Origin: Azolla caroliniana
Taxonomy: Eukaryota > Plantae > Polypodiophyta
Reading direction: 5' to 3'
Length of the DNA stretch: 64,000 nucleotides
NCBI GenBank assembly: GCA_043228905.1
Contig: JBHGNT010000013.1
Location: 6,572,001-6,636,000 of the forward strand
Below the pieces are notes generated by a model, which saw nothing but the letters and a program-made list of their open reading frames with translations, made no database searches and was not told the origin of the DNA. Positions 62,776-64,000 of the stretch are shown here, piece by piece. The position numbers were made by a program, and so were the translations under genes. Each line of letters starts with the position of its first letter. Position 1 is the first letter of the stretch.

Positions 62776-64000
62776 CTGCTCTCACTTCGCTCTCTCGGCT
62801 AGAACATAAAATGAGCAACAACTATATAACTGTTTGCCCTAAGTCATATTTATACATATATGACTTTCGGGATATTTACAAATATAGCCTCAAGGGCTCT
62901 TAGCAAACATATTCACAAATATGTCCCTGCATCCGGATCTCTCTCCGGGTACATTCGTCATCCGGCTCCGTAGCCGGGGTCTTCATCATCCGGATCCGTA
63001 TCCGGGTACTCTTCATCCGGCTTCATGCCGGGTACTCTTCATCATCCGGATCCGTATCCGGGTACTCTTCATCCGGCTTCATGCCGGGTACTCTTCATCA
63101 TCCGGATCCGTATCCGGGTACTCTTCATCCGGCTTCATGCCGGGTACTCTTCATCATCCGGATCCGTATCCGGGTACTCTTCATCCGGCTTCATGCCGGG
63201 TTCTCTTCATCATCCGGATCCGTATCCGGGTACTCTTCATCCGGCTTCATGCCGGGTTCTCTTCATCATCCGGTTCCGTAATCGCAACCGGGCTTGCCGT
63301 CATTCATCTCCGGACATCCCATCCGGAGGGACCGTAATCCCAACAAACTCCCCCTTCACTTCGGCATGGGATGTCTCTCCAATCCGATCCTCTTCCGGCA
63401 CGCTTCCAGCTTGTCGGGTGTGAGCACTTTGGTCAGCATGTCTGACCCGTTCTCGTCCGTGTGGATCTTCGTCAGCACGAACTCCTGGTCTTCTATCCTT
63501 TCCCGGATCCAGTGATATCTTCGCTGGATGTGCTTCGTCCGGGAGTGATAGGCCGCATTCTTCGCAAGGTGGATGGCACTCTGACTGTCACAATAGAGTC
63601 GGTACTCCTCCTGCCGGATACCAAGCTCTCTAATGAAGTCCTTCATCCAAATTATTTCCTTGCCGGCTTCAACAGCCGCCATGTACTCCGCCTCCGTGGT
63701 TGACAACGCAACCGTTTTCTGCAGCCTTGACTGCCACGAAACGGCTCCCCCTGCATAGGTCATCACATACCCTGATGTGGACCGGCTGGTATCTGCATCA
63801 GCCGACATATCCGAATCGGTGAAGCCGTCGAGTTGGGGCTTACCGGAGCCGAATCGGAGGCACACGTTTGCCGTGCCCTTCAGGTATCGGAGTATCCACT
63901 TGACCGCGTTCCAATGCTCTTTGCCGGGATTGCTCATGTACCGGCTCACCACTCCGACTGCATATCCTATGTCCGGTCTCGTACACACCATGGCGTACAT
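62483..64000 (-). mobile_element. Ty1/copia (Tnt1/Tork-like) 3' end: intact RT/RNase H end, PPT, 3' LTR 62483-63345
   Basis: Open ORF 63356-64000 (CTRPDI..ALSTTEAEY..YCDSQSAIHLAKN..KHI); PPT at 63346-63357; LTR TGTTGGG..CAACA. Confidence 0.93.
62980..63275. repeat. 56-bp tandem array (~5.3 copies) inside the copia LTR
   Basis: Unit TCTTCATCATCCGGATCCGTATCCGGGTACTCTTCATCCGGCTTCATGCCGGGTAC starts at 62980, 63036, 63092, 63148, 63204 and 63260. Confidence 0.95.

Noticed and set aside
62980-63275. CRISPR-like array
   Set aside because: Head-to-tail repeats without unique spacers, inside a plant LTR, with no cas genes.

Overview
Eukaryotic nuclear DNA from a land plant, probably a non-seed plant (inferred from Tcn1-like, RTEX-like and non-chromoviral Ty3 elements). 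There is one intact host gene: a 9-exon CSLA (GT2 mannan/glucomannan synthase, 547 aa) at 11652-20284 (+). The rest is a nested stack of LTR retrotransposons (Ty1/copia, Ty3/gypsy, non-autonomous elements, solo LTRs), LINEs and MITEs, with many ends fixed by target-site duplications (TSDs). Main findings: (1) two diverged non-autonomous LTR elements lack a polypurine tract (PPT) and instead carry a conserved hairpin ending in a tRNA-like 3' end (...GGCGTGCCA, an inverted second PBS) next to the 3' LTR. (2) A Ty3 group with TGTCGTG...CGACA LTRs carries tRNA-like A-box/B-box modules and CATGCA (RY) clusters in its LTRs, primes on tRNA-Trp, makes CpG-centred 4-bp TSDs and has a classic -1 frameshift signal. 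All coordinates and alignments were read by eye; tRNA and lineage assignments are from memory and need checking.
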